This document shows, piece after piece, positions 41,004 to 55,270 of a stretch of DNA of 64,000 nucleotides. Numbering within the stretch: position 1 is the first letter of the stretch; the number at the start of each line of letters is the position of its first letter. The stretch comes from Octopus vulgaris (Eukaryota), in the NCBI GenBank assembly GCA_951406725.2, contig OX597829.1, positions 3,968,001-4,032,000 of the forward strand, given 5' to 3'. The translations under genes were made by a program, and so were the position numbers. The notes under the pieces were generated by a model. The model was not told the DNA's origin. It ran no database searches and saw only the letters and a program-made list of their open reading frames with translations.

Positions 41004-43370
41004 ACACGCACATATATACACATCTGTGTGTGTGTATGTATGTATGTGTGTGTGTGTGTGTGCTTGTGTATCATGTACTCTTGTATCTCCCTTCTGTATA
41101 AACTCCATTGCATCTTTTAATCCATTTTAATTTGTTTTAATTGCATTATTAGATTAGTAAGCATATTAGAAACTAAAACTGATTAGAAGATTTACCATTC
41201 TGCTAATTCAAAAGGAATTCTTTAATAAAACTTCAGTCAGTTACACTCAGTTGCAATGTTTATTAGTTTCTGGTGCCAAAAGAGACTAACTGAATTCTAG
41301 ACAGAGATAAAGAGAATAGCTGTTCAGTACTTGACCTGCTAGGAATAGCAGCCAAATATCTCTCAAATCATATAATCATACTGGTGCTAAGTCAGTGTAT
41401 GGTGTACAGGTACACTACTGATTTTTTAGCAACTGATTCAGCCTCCTTTAATCCAGGTAAATTACAAAGAGGAACTTGAAATTCCTGTGGTCACCTGTCT
41501 AGCCCAGTGTGCAAGCCCAGCTGACTTTTGACTTGTCTGTTGTGATACCAAAAATTTGAGAGGTCCTTTGCTTGTTTAACTAAGTTACTGTAAATTATGG
41601 ATTCTACAGGTAATGGCACTGAGAGCATCAGAGGTAGTGCCAAACATAAACTTCCATCTCAGTGTCGATCCAAGATAAAGTAGAACTATTCATCGTACTT
41701 ATAGATGCATGGCAGGTGTGTAATTAATAGGTTAGAGGTGTGTTAATGAATTATTATTACATGACCAGAGATTGTCTGGCAAAACGGCCCATCTGCAATC
41801 ATGTACATCTGTGTGTATATTCTATTATTTTTTCCACTGGTTTAGACCTTACATATTTGATTACTGAGATATAGGCATAATCGTGGACACAATACACACT
41901 CTCTCTCTCTCTCTCACATACACATTCACATGCATGCACACACACACACACACATATGCACAGAGCTTCCATGTACAACTTCCACTCGGAAGAAATTAGT
42001 TCACTTGAAACCTCAGTAGAGGACACTTGCTCCTATTATAAGATGGTGAAGTTCAATCCTAAACGACGTGGTTGCAAAATGAACCCATCCCTTTTTTTTT
42101 AAACTATCCAGCTATGGTTTCCCTTAGTTGTGTCTGTATGTGTGTGTGTTTATGAACCTATAAAACAATGTAAGACATTTGCTCAGAAGCGCCACAGATG
42201 GCAGAGGTGGAGAACGTTGCCAGTTGTCTACCCACCACACTAGCTAACAAGTTATAATAATAATAATAATAATAAATAACAACAACAACAACAACAATGA
42301 TAATAACAACTCAGTGACCAAACATGTAATATGTAAACATTTGCCTTGCCCCTCTCTGCACACACAAACATACACACACACATACACACTACACCACTCC
42401 CACCTTGCTGTAGCATCTCTTTCGCTCCGTTTTCTCATATTTTATATTTGCCAGGAACCATTCCTATAACCATATTTGTTTGATTCAAGCTCTCTCTCCT
42501 GCCCTCTTGTCTATTCCGTTGCTTTATATTATCTCAGGCTAATCTTATTTTTTTTTTTCCTTCCTTCATACATTCCAAAAAATAGTTGGAAGTAGTGGTC
42601 ACATATCTCTTGCCTTGTTTTGACTTTTTTTATTTTTTTATTGCTGTTCATACCTTAAAACTCCTCCCAGCCTGCATAGAATAAATATGCCAAAAATAAA
42701 GAATTTATAACCAAAGAAAATAAATTACTTGTGTGTGTGTGTTTCTATCCTTATTATTTACCAAAATTACTGAGATTACTAAAAGAAATAAATTGCTTAT
42801 CATATAATCCATTGTGATTACTAGTATTGTTGTCGTCTTCTTCTTCTCCTTCTCCTTCTTCTTCTTCTTCTTCTTCTTCTTCTTCTTCTTCTTCTTTCCT
42901 TTTCTTCTTCTTCTTCTTCTTCTTCTTCTTCTTCTTCTTCTTCTTTCCTTTTCTTCTTCTTTCTTTTTCTTCTTCTTTCTTCTTCTTCTTCTTCTTCTTG
43001 GCAGTAATATTCACTGTGCTTTTCGGGTATTCCTTGTACCTCTTTTGTGTTCTGAGTTCAAATCTTGCTTGCAAGGTTCACTTTGAATTTCTTTTCTCCT
43101 GGATCAATAATAATAATAATAATAATAAACAAAAGAATGCCAAATTAGTTTACTAAGACCTGTAGTATTATGTTTCTGAATATATTTAAATGTAGAAAAA
43201 TGGTTGACAAATCGTTTTTCATTTTTTTAATTCCATGGTTGAAATGCCAATATTAAAAATATGCTTTAGATCCTGCAGAAATTTTGCATTGATAAGCGTT
43301 TTTAATTCTGCAATTTCCATTGAGAATGCAAATTTAATTCAGACCACAATTACAAAGACTATTACTATTG

Positions 43371-43420
<50 letters not shown>

Positions 43421-44542
43421 TACATATACTTTCTTCAGTTTTTTTACTTGTTTCAATCATTTGACTGTGGCCATGCTAGAGCACCACCTTGAAGGGTTTT
43501 AGTTGAACAAATTGACACCATGGCTTATTTTTTCAAGTCTAGGACTTATTCTGATGGTCTCGTGCCAAACCACTAAGTTACAGGGATATAAACACAAAGA
43601 CATATACATACACATAGTTGTATATATACACACACACACACTGGGCTTCTTTCAGTTTCCACCTAACAAATCCACTCACAAGGCTTTGGTCAGCTCAAGG
43701 ATACAGTAGAAGACACTTGCCCAAGGTGCCATACAGTATGCCTGAACCTTGGACGATGTGGTTGGGAAGCAAGGTTCTTGCCACACAGCTATGCCTGCAA
43801 ACTCACACACATACACAGACATACACACACACACATATATATACACATATATGTGTGTATGTGATTTAGATAGCGAGGTTATGGCCATTATTGGCCCAGT
43901 CAGTGTGTACTTTATATAAATATAATCTGTTGCTGTTTATCAACTATTTGATGGGTTTCAAAAAGTCAACAGAATGAGTAGTAACTAGCCATATTAGCTG
44001 TTATTAATGTGTGATAGTGTGGCAAGTGAAGAAGAAGAAGAAGGAGGAGGTGTGAAATAATCTAAACAGGTTCTCTTAGTGGGGATCCTTATCATGTTTA
44101 GGGTGGCTGGTAGTCCTGTAAGGGTTGTCAAAAGTACCTCATACAGTTTGTTGTGTGTAAATATAGGGAGATGTTGAGAAAAAGCAGATGAAATTGTTGA
44201 GATGAAGATTTATTGAAATTTTCTTCACTTTTTTTTTTTTGCTTATTGAGAATGTTCTTGAATAAACTTGGTGGCGTTGGCAGTGGAGAATGGTTTTTTT
44301 TCCCTTTTTTTATTGATATGTTCAAAATCACTCTACATTGATAACATATATGCTTGCAGTGTTCTATTGTTGTTGTTGTTTATTTGTTTTTGAAGGGAGA
44401 GATGGTAAATGATACGTGCATGTACATGCTTACATGTATATGTGTCAGTATGTATACTCATAGACGTTTACACACACACACACACACACATGTATACATT
44501 TATCTGCTGTGTATGTGTATACATATATATATATGTATATAC

Positions 44543-44579
<37 letters not shown>

Positions 44580-44604
44580 CATACAGAGAGAGTTACACAT
44601 AATG

Positions 44605-44637
<33 letters not shown>

Positions 44638-44803
44638 GAGCAGGAGTGGGTGTGTGGTAAGAAATTTTGTCTCCCAGCCACATGGTTCTGGGTTTAGTCC
44701 CACTGCATGGCACCTTGAGCAAGTGTCTTCCACTATAATCAGCGGCTGACCAAAGCCTTTTGAGTGGATTTGGTAAATAGAAACTGTGAGAAGCCCATTG
44801 TAA

Positions 44804-44834
<31 letters not shown>

Positions 44835-44942
44835 TAATCCCCAGAAAAAACACAAGAAAAAAAAAACGTGAGGACGTGGTACAGGCAAAGTATTAAAAGA
44901 TGCTCAGGGAAGGAAAAAAAGGGTATTTTTATCACTTCACTT

Positions 44943-45120
44943 TTAAAGATTTTCTTTAAGAGTTACTAAACATATAAGAAAATGTTTTTGCAAAACAGAA
45001 TTTCACAAAAATTTTGGAAAGAAGTTTTCATAGCATAAAAATTTTTTTCCAAAACTTTTGACATTCTGTTTTACTGAAAGCATTTTTTAAATAGTTAATA
45101 ATTGTTAAGTAAATCTTTTA
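44943..45120. repeat. Old AT-rich fold-back element
   Basis: aaaacagaatttcacaaaaattttggaaa vs tttccaaaacttttgacattctgtttt; degenerate pairing continues out to aaagatt/aatcttt. Confidence 0.6.
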
Positions 45121-45277
45121 TTATATATTCATATCTATCTATCTATCTGTCTGTCTGCCTGTCTGTCTGTCTGTATGTATGTCTGTATGTATGTATGTCT
45201 GTCTATCTATCTGTCTGTATGTCTGTCTATCTGTCTGTCTGTATGTCTATCTATCTGCCTGTCTGTATGTCTATCTA

Positions 45278-45329
<52 letters not shown>

Positions 45330-45508
45330 CATATCTACCTACCTACCTACCTACCTACCTACCTACCTACCTACCTACCTACCTACCTATCTATCTATCT
45401 ATCTATTTATCTACCTACCTACCTACCTACCTACCTACCTACCTATCTACCTACCTACCTACTACCTACCTACCTACCTACCTACCTACCTACCTACCTA
45501 TCTATCTA

Positions 45509-45560
<52 letters not shown>

Positions 45561-45654
45561 CACACACACACAAGTAAGCGAATAAATGAAAAACAAGGTA
45601 AAAATACTATTCAAATACCAAAGGTAGAGTAAGTAATATGCTTTTTTTTTTATT

Positions 45655-45805
45655 AAAGCTCCAAAAATATGGCAAAAAACTATTACTCTAAGTTTCATGT
45701 TTCTGTTTGTCAGGCAGTTGTGACGAAGACTCTTGATTACAACTGTCCAACATACGGAAATGTGAAACTCAGAGTAACAAGTTTTTTGTGATGTTTTTGC
45801 ATCTT
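45655..45805. mobile_element. Fold-back element with decayed hammerhead-like arms
   Basis: caaaaaactattactctaagtttcatgtttctgtttgtcaggcagttgt pairs with acaactgtccaacatacggaaatgtgaaactcagagtaacaagttttttg. Confidence 0.7.
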
Positions 45806-46003
45806 GGGCAGACATTAAACGATGATGATGATGATGATGATATTGGTACAGGATGTCACCAACAGTAAACAACATGAAATATGAAAACAAATGAGTTAAA
45901 TACACAAACAACGAGAGAAAAAAATGGAAGACAGGACAAGTAACACAAAGAATGACCCTTCATTTGTTGTCGGCTGTCTGTCTACTCCCCATTTTGGGCA
46001 GAC

Positions 46004-46043
<40 letters not shown>

Positions 46044-46095
46044 GTATTACTTTCCAGTAAAAGATAGCCCCATAAGGGTAAAATTATACATATAA

Positions 46096-46461
<366 letters not shown>

Positions 46462-46520
46462 ATTATATATATATATGTTATATATATATATGTTTTTTAT
46501 ATGTATATATATGTATATTT

Positions 46521-46804
46521 GCGCAATGGCCTACTGGTTAGGGCAGCGAACTCACGGTCGTAGGATCGCAGTTTCGATTCCCAGACTGGGCGTTGTGTGT
46601 GTTTATTGAGCGAAAACACCTTAAAGCTCCACGAGGCTCTGGCAGGGAGTGGTGATCCCTGCTGTACTCTTTCCCCACTCTTTCTTCTGTTGGCCTGCTC
46701 GCTTAGCCAGCGGGGTGGCGTCATTCGAAGGCTAAAACAATGCGAAGTGCATTGTGACCAGCGATGTGTAGCAACATCTGATGGTCTGGTCAGTCACGTG
46801 ATCT

Positions 46805-46810
<6 letters not shown>
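46521..46810 (+). mobile_element. SINE family C, full-length (tRNA-derived head)
   Basis: A-box-like tggcctactggtt, B-box-like gtttcgattcc; 3' ...catctgatggtctggtcagtcacgtgat; matches 7171-7444. Confidence 0.9.
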
Positions 46811-46857
<47 letters not shown>

Positions 46858-48998
46858 TAGCAAAAGAAAAATACAACAAACACTTTTTCTCTTTGTTGTA
46901 CATATTTTATATATACATATTTCCAAGGTATCACTAAGATTGGAATAAGTTGGTGCTAAAGACACGATGGATGCTGCAATTTCTTGATTCTTAAAGGGAA
47001 GCAAAAATTGTATTTGGTGGTGATAATAATATGAGATGGAAGTAAGTTAAAAGACAAAAGGAAAAAAATGTTTATCTCCAGAATTCAGGTTGTCGCATGA
47101 AACTTGGGTTTCCATGCTGGAGGGTTCCTAAGAACCCATCCCTTTCTTATCTCCCTTTTTATCACCATATGAGTGTTTTATTGTGTGAAAGAAAAAAAGC
47201 TCAAACTTTTCTTCTTTATTGTTGTTATTGTTCTTTTGTTTTGCTGAAGCAAAGAAAGTCAAACTTTTAATAATAATACATTCATTGTTTATTTTTCGCT
47301 TCTGTTGACCTTTTAATTGTGCCCTGCAGCCAAGTTATAGGATGACAATGATGATTGTAGCACTTGATTATTGACCTGTCAGTGCATAAGTTCAGATCCT
47401 AGCGCTGATAACTGTGCTATCTCCTTCCGGTCAGGTATTTCTAATCTGTTTTGCTCCACTGAACATTCCTGGTATTTAACAAGAAACACAAATCCGTTCC
47501 ATACTCCACATCATTCTGTCATTAGAAATCAAATCTTGCAAATATTACTGCTAATATTTACATTACCATAACTATTTAACATACACTATGAAAAATTAAT
47601 TATTAACAGGTATGGTAAGAAGCTTGCTTCTTCTCAGTCACATGATTCTGGATTCAATCCCACTGCATGGCGCCTTGGACAAGCGTCTTCTACTAAAGCC
47701 TTGGGCCAACCAAAGCCTTGTGAGTGGATTTGGTAGATAGAAACTGAAAGAAGCCCTTTGTATATGTATATTCATGTGTGCATCTTTGTATCTGTTTTTG
47801 ACCCTCACCACTACTTGGCAAACAGTGTTGGCAAAAGGGGCTGATGAAATAAATACCAGGCTTTAAAAAGAAACAAGTACTGGGGTGAATTCATTTGACT
47901 AAAATTTCCTCAATGTGGTGCCCCAGCATGGCTGCTGTCCAATGACTGAAACAAGTAGAAGATAAAAGAACAAAGAAACATTTGAAAATAAACTTTTTCC
48001 TCTACTAGTTCTTTGAAAAGGAAGACAAAATGGACAACTTTTGCATACCTTCCTTCTTTCCTGCCTTTTTTTTGTTGTTGTTGTTTCCTCTTTTGTCATA
48101 GCAATTGGTCATCAGTCTTAATTTATTATTGTTAATTACCAGTTATATAGATTTACATAAACCTTGATAGGTTTTGACCAGAAGTAGGCCAGGACATATC
48201 TAACCTTTTTTTTTAGCTGTTTTGGTTGTTGTTTCACTGCTTAAAACTATTCCTTTGCATATTTAAAACACATATTTAAAACACATGCTTATATAGAAAT
48301 TTTTTGTTCAAAATCAGTAATTGTTTTATACTAATTTGGTAAAATCTGACATCTTGAGGACATTGGTTTTGGTTAAAGACAAGTTTAGTTGTTGTCTAAA
48401 AGAATTTATAATCCCTTTAGACTGCTACTTTTCCACCTGGGTGACAACACTACTTACTCTGTCTTCCTTATTCTAAAAGCCTTACATCAACCCCTGTCCT
48501 TCGTGGTAGTTGAATTTAACTGAACTCTCCATCGTTCATCAGATAGTCATTAGCTGAAAAGTGTTTGATCCTTATTACCAAATTTCTTCATGTCTGATAT
48601 CACTGAAATACCCTGTATCTGTCTGTCTGTCTCTCTCTCTACCTCTTTTTGTCTTGTTTGTTTACCGTATATAATGATGTATACAGAAATAAGAGACTGT
48701 TAAACTGAATGTTTTTGTTTTTTCATTATTTCAGTATTGTTTTACCTTCTTTAAATTAATTCTTTCTTGAATATATTACCTGATTTCAATGTAACAAAAT
48801 ATTAACCCAGACAAAACACACTGGATTGTGCACTAGTATGTATAAGATATATATATATACATGTAAATGTAGGTACGTACATATATGTTTGTATGTATGC
48901 ATATATTTTATTTATTACACTATTGTATGACTGAGTGCTCTTGCGTCGATTCGATTCGTTTCGTTTCGTTTCGTTTCTTCTTCTCCAAGTACAGTTTT

Positions 48999-49029
<31 letters not shown>

Positions 49030-49733
49030 GTAGATATATAAATAGTGTGTGTGTGTGTGATTTATAGATTCGTAGAAATATAAAATGTATAAATGTACTT
49101 GTTAACAGTCAGAAATATGAAGAATACAGCAAAAATTTTAACAAGAAATTTTAGTAAGAGACAGTCAGTTGTTTTAGATGTACTTTTTTCGTTTTCTTCT
49201 CCTCCATCTTCTTTATTTGAAGATGAAGGATTACAAGAACAACAACAGCAGCAAGTAGAATAATACACTCGAATAGCAATAAAACTCTATTAAACCGCGA
49301 TGCTTGACAATGTCACGAGATCTCTTGCTAGCAGAAAATGTATGCATCTCCTGTTCGGGTCTCTAACCACTTGACTTTGTTTATTTAATACACTGTCCAC
49401 CCCACTCACTCTCTCTCTCTCCCTTAACCCCTCCCATCCTGCCCCCCCCCCCCCCGAACACTATTGATTGTTTAACTTAAATGTAACCGAGACCAACTGC
49501 AAAAATACCACCAGAGATCATTTTTTGTCCATTTGTAATTATAGAGTGCAAGCAATTATTTTGAGATTTGTGTGACCGCTGGGAAATCTGTTTATCGAAT
49601 ATGTAGTTTGTCACCCATATTCTCTTCTGAGCAAACAGACAGATTGTTCTGTCTGTTTAAGTGAGCCACACTTGTAATATTATTTTTATTATCATTGCCA
49701 TCATCTTCATCACCACCATCATCATCATCATCA

Positions 49734-49777
<44 letters not shown>

Positions 49778-50710
49778 TTGTTGATGTTGATGTTGTTGGT
49801 ATCTTTTTTTTCTTTTATTATTTCATTTCTTTTTTGTTTTTGTTTGTTATTATTATTTGTTGTCTCGGTTCCTCCCCTTCTCATTTTACTTGTCACGGTA
49901 GTCATTGTCAGTAAACTGAGGTAGAGGCAAAGACAGCCCTGCTGATTACCATAATGGTCAATTGTTTCTCTTTCTCCCCCCCCCTCTCATGTCCTCTGTC
50001 TTTATCTCCTGCAACCTTTGCTCTCTTTCTCACTCTGTGACATAGATAGATAGATAGAGAGAGTGAGAGAGAGGAAGAGATGGTTTGATAGAAATAGGGG
50101 CAGGAGTTGATAGGAGAGCAAGGGGAAGCTGCTGACATTATCAGAACTGCTTCCATCTGTCCCTAACCATCACCACCACCACCATCCTGTCAATATGGCT
50201 CAAATAAAACTCCAGATTTTCCTCCCACATAATTACTTTGATGATCATGGTGGTGGTGGTGGTGGCAGTGGTGGTGGTTGCAGTGGTAACAACAGTGATG
50301 ATAGTGGTGGTGGTAGTGGTGGTGGTGGCGGCGGTCTTGTCTGTAAGATTTGAATTGATAATTTCAACTTTATCTTCGTTCATTTGCTCATTTATTTATT
50401 TACATTCCAGATTGTGTTCCGAGATTATTATTGCTATTATCATCATTATCATCATCATCATCACCACTACCATCATCATAATCGTAATCATCATCATCAT
50501 TTTTTTTTTTTTTTTTGTTGAGTGAAATATAAGTTTTTTATTTCAACTTCAAAACATAAGCCTAAAAAAAATATTTCTACACGTATAACAAAATTTATTT
50601 CACTGCAGCTTCTTTGTCTATTTTATATTAATATTATGTTAAGAATTTGAATATATTTACCACATTGTAATGTTTGAGGTAAGGCAGCAGCAGACTGGCA
50701 GAATAGTTAA

Positions 50711-51122
50711 CTCTTTCTCTCTTTTTTTCTCTCTTTTACTTGCTTCAGTCATTTGACTGCGGCCATACTGGAGCACCGCCTTTAATCGAGCAACTCAACC
50801 CCGGGACTTATTCTTTGTAAGCCCAGTACTTATTCTATCGGTCGCTTTTGCTGAACCACTAAGTGATGGGGACGTAAACACACCAGCATCGGTTGTCAAG
50901 CAATGCTAGGGGGACAAACACAGACACACAAACACACACACACACATATATATATACATATATACGACAGACTTCTTTCAGTTTCCGTCTACCAAATCCA
51001 CTCACAAGGCTTAGGTCGGCCCGAGGCTATAGCAGAAGGCACTTGCCCAAGATGCCACGCAGTGGGACTGAACCCGGAACCATGTGGTTGGTTAGCAAGC
51101 TACTTACCACACAGCCACTCCA
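50711..51122 (-). mobile_element. SINE family B nested in an older family A copy
   Basis: Flanks rejoin as ...ctggcagaatagttaa|catgtaaaatg...gggttcaaattttgccaaggtcaactttgcc. Confidence 0.9.
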
Positions 51123-52774
51123 TGTAAAATGTTTACAAACATTTCTTCTGGTTCTTTATATTCTGGGTTCAAATTTTGCCAAGGTCAACTTTGCCTTTTG
51201 TCTCTTCAACATGGACAAAATAAAGTGTGAGTCAAGAATTTGGGTTTAGTGTCATCAATTTGTCCCTTCTTCTCAAAAATTACTGGTCATGGACCAGTGT
51301 GCCATTCAAAAGGGATTTTGTGATCTCAGTCACTTATAATAAACTGTGGAAACTGGATAAAACCAGTCTTGCAAAACATAGGGCTTGTTGATCTAAAAAC
51401 TGAATTCTCCATATTCAAATAACAGAGAGTTGTCAATGATGGAGGAAAGATCACGGAAGGGAGTCAAAGAAATGGTGGTTGAGTTTCGATGTTGGGCCAC
51501 AAGGACTCACAAACAAGATGACTAAAGACTGATACGAGAGTATTGATATGTTGCTTCTCAAGCAGGAGCAAACCTATCCAACCCATGGAGTGGAGATATG
51601 GTGGGGATGGGAACGGCAGTTAAAAACTAACAGTGACAGTGTTAGGGTGATAGTGGTGGTGGGGTTATAGTCATGATGATAGTGATGGTTCAAGGTGATG
51701 ATTACGATGGTGATAGTAGTGTTGGTGAGAGAAGACATCCTTAAATATAGCCATTCTCCTCTCACTCTTTCCCTGTCTTCCCTTTTGTCAGTTTCTCCAA
51801 TTCTTTCTCATTCTCTTTTACTATCATCTTTCAATTCTTTTGTCCGTCTACCCTCTTCTTTCTTTTATTTCATCTCCCTATCCTGGACCCTGTTCTTTCC
51901 TACCCCAATATTATATTATCATTATTATTATTATCATTATTATTATCTCTCCCCCCCAACTCTCTTATTTCAATCTTGTCTTCCTTTTGTCCCGTTTTCC
52001 TCCTTCCCCCCTCCCCATCTTTTGTGTTTTGTTTTGTTTCCACTTCCTCCTCCTTTTCCTCCTCTCCCTCATGCCCACCACTGCTACTCTCTCATACTCT
52101 CCAGTCACTCTTCTCTTTTATTTCTTTTATATGTTGTCTCTTCTTCCAAAATCTTTCTCCTTTCTCTCCACTACCACCACCACCACCACCATCCCTAAGC
52201 AAAACCTAAAATCTTTTTCTCTCCCCTAAATTACTATGACATTAACCACCCACTCACTATGTCTTCAATACTTCATATAATTTACCCCTATATGCAGGAG
52301 GTTTCCTTGTTTTTTCTGTTATGTTTTTATAATATTTCCCCTCCCTAAATACACACACATAAACACACACACACACACACACATATATATTATATATGTG
52401 TGTGTGTGTATTATATAAACAATGTACATTATATTCTCTATATATTCTGTCTGTCTGTCAGTCAGTTGGTTAATGGATCATCAGGATTTGAGAAGTATTT
52501 GAGGAGTATTTGATAATTTAATAAAACAGCTCTAATCTAGCAAAAATTAAATATATTTTAATAAAAAAAAATTGTGCACATGTTCCTGAGAAGCTTTCTT
52601 ATGAATCCACGTTTAGCTGCAGAATCCACGTTTAACTGCTTCAAAACACAGAATTGGAATCATTGAAACTAGCTGGACCTGTGAAAAATTTACGGAAAAT
52701 ATTAAAAAAATGGAAGCTTCTGTAAATTGTGTGCTGGTGCCATGAGAAGCGTTTCTATATCGTGACAGTTAAAA

Positions 52775-53980
52775 GCGGCGAGCTGGCAGAATCGTTTGCT
52801 CGCCGGGTGAAATGCTTAGCGGTATTTCATCTGCTGCGACGTTCTGAGTTCAAATTCTGTCGAGGTCAACTTTGTCTTTCATCCTTTCGGGGTTGATTAA
52901 ATAAGTACCAGTTATGCACTGGGGTCAATGTAATTGACTTAATCCGTGTGTCTGTCCTTGTTTGTCTCTTCTGTGTTTAGCCCCTTGTGGGTAGTAAAGA
53001 AATAGGTATTGATTTTATCAACCTTGAAGGATGAAAGGTATATTCAACCTTGACAGAATCTGAACTCAGAATGTAAAGACAGACAAAATGTTGCTTAGCA
53101 TTTTGTACAGCATGCAAAGGATTCAGCCGGCTCGCTGCCTTAATAATAATGATAATCCTTTCATCTGGAAACACAAGGCCTCAAATTTTGGGGGAAGGAA
53201 TTAAGTTGATTACAGTACATAACTGGTTCTAATTTTATCAACCCCAAAAGGATGAAAGGCAAAGTTGACCCTGACAACATTTGAACTCAGAACATTAAGA
53301 CAGACGAAATACCTATTTTTTTACTACCCACAAGGGGCTAAACACAGAGAGGACAAACAAGGACAGACAAACGGATTAAGTCGATTATATTGACCCCAGT
53401 GCGTAACTGGTACTTATTTAATCAACCCCGAAAGGATGAAAGGCAAAGTTGACCTTGGCGGAATTTGAACTCAGAACGTAGCAGCAGACGAAATACCGCT
53501 AAGCCTTTCGCCCAGCGTGCTAATGTTTCTGCCAGCTCACCACCTTAAGACTAAGCATTTTGCTCAGCATGCTAATGATTCTGCCAACTCACTGCCTTTT
53601 TAAAAATAATGATAATAATAATCGTTTCTGCCATATGCACAAAATCTGCAACTTGGTGGAGGGGTTTAGTCAAGTACATCAACTCCAGTGCTCAATTGGT
53701 ACTTATTTTATTGACCCAGAAAAGATGAAAGTGAAAGTCAACCTTGGCAGAATTTGAACTCAGAGGTTTCAAATTTTGGCACAAGGCCAGCAGTTTTGAA
53801 GGGAGTGGAAGACAGCACATCAACCTTAGTGCTCAGCCGGTTCTTCATTTTATCAACCATGAAATGATGAAAGGTAAAGTCAACCTAAGCAGTATTTGAA
53901 CTTACAATGCAGAGAACCAGAAGATATTCTACATAGCATTTTATCCAGTGTGCTAACAGTTCTGCCAGCTCACCACCTTT
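52775..53980. mobile_element. Cluster of family A SINEs: one + copy (52775-53004) and several - copies (53005-53140, 53160-53313, 53314-53544, 53550-53760, 53790-53980)
   Basis: Repeated homology to the family A consensus in both orientations. Confidence 0.9.
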
Positions 53981-54955
53981 AACAACAACAATAACAACAA
54001 CAATAATAATAACAGATATAGTAATAAGAGAGATAACACTTGGAATATTCTTTGTCTTGTTACTGTCAAATATTTGTCCAAGTTAAAAGACTGATTCAAA
54101 ACAGGTGTATGGAATTGTTATGTCTTGATAACTATCAGTAATTCACTGCGTTTCACAGAATTTTGGAATAACCGCAAATAGAATGTCTGTCTACTCTTTC
54201 TTAGACAGGAATTTCTAAACAATTCTGACCACATACTTATAGTGAGAGCTCTTCATTTCTCCACAACAAAGAATCCAGGTTTGTGTGTTTGTGTGTGTGT
54301 GTGTCTGTGTGTATCTGTGTGTGCATGTACATATGTATATGTACATTTATGTATAAGTGTATGTGTATGTGTGTGTGTGTATTGTATATATGTTCAGAAA
54401 AATGTATATAAATGGGAAAATTGAAATGATGATGTATATAAACATACATATGCTTGTGTATTTGTGTGTGTGTGTGTGTTTCTAAGAGTAATTAATATAT
54501 TGTGTCCAATTTTTCTTCTTGTACCATTCCTTATTCACAGATTCAACACAGTCATAAATTTTCATACCTGCTTGTAAATTTGTGTTGAGTCCTTTTGTGA
54601 GTTGCGTTTTATGAAAATGAATTAAGATGTATTCTGTTGAGTCCATCAGTGTCTTAATGTTTGTTATTGTTGTTGTCATCCTGGCATCCACTTTCCAATG
54701 CTCTTTTTGGGTGAATCCAATTTTATTAAGACAAACTTTCTTTCTTTTCTATAGTTGGATGTTCTTCCTGTTGCCAATCCTCACCTTGTTTCTAAGCAAG
54801 TTAATATTCCTTCGAGTCGTTCTAACAACAAACGACTCAATAGGTGAGGCATGCTTTCACAGAGGACCATTTGTGTATAATTAGCATACTCATCAGGACA
54901 AGGGAAAACATATATACACTCACATACACACATACATTTATGTACATGTATATAT

Positions 54956-55002
<47 letters not shown>

Positions 55003-55237
55003 TGTGTGTGTATATATGTGTTTGTGTGTGTATATATATATATATATGTATATTATATGTTTATATATATATATGTATATTATATGTTTATATATATATG
55101 TATATATATTTATATTTATGCAGATAGAGAGACAGACAGATATGTATACACATATACATACTCAGAAGATAATTGTTATATATGTAAAGTGTGTGTATAT
55201 ATTTATGTGTGTATACATATGTGTGTATATTATATGT

Positions 55238-55270
<33 letters not shown>

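Noticed and set aside
46521-46590. tRNA gene
   Set aside because: tRNA-like head continues into a SINE body that has a second copy at 7171-7444; the cloverleaf is incomplete.
54480-54690. Possible host exon (cag|gtatga on minus, ttcacag on plus)
   Set aside because: No matching partner splice site or recognisable peptide.
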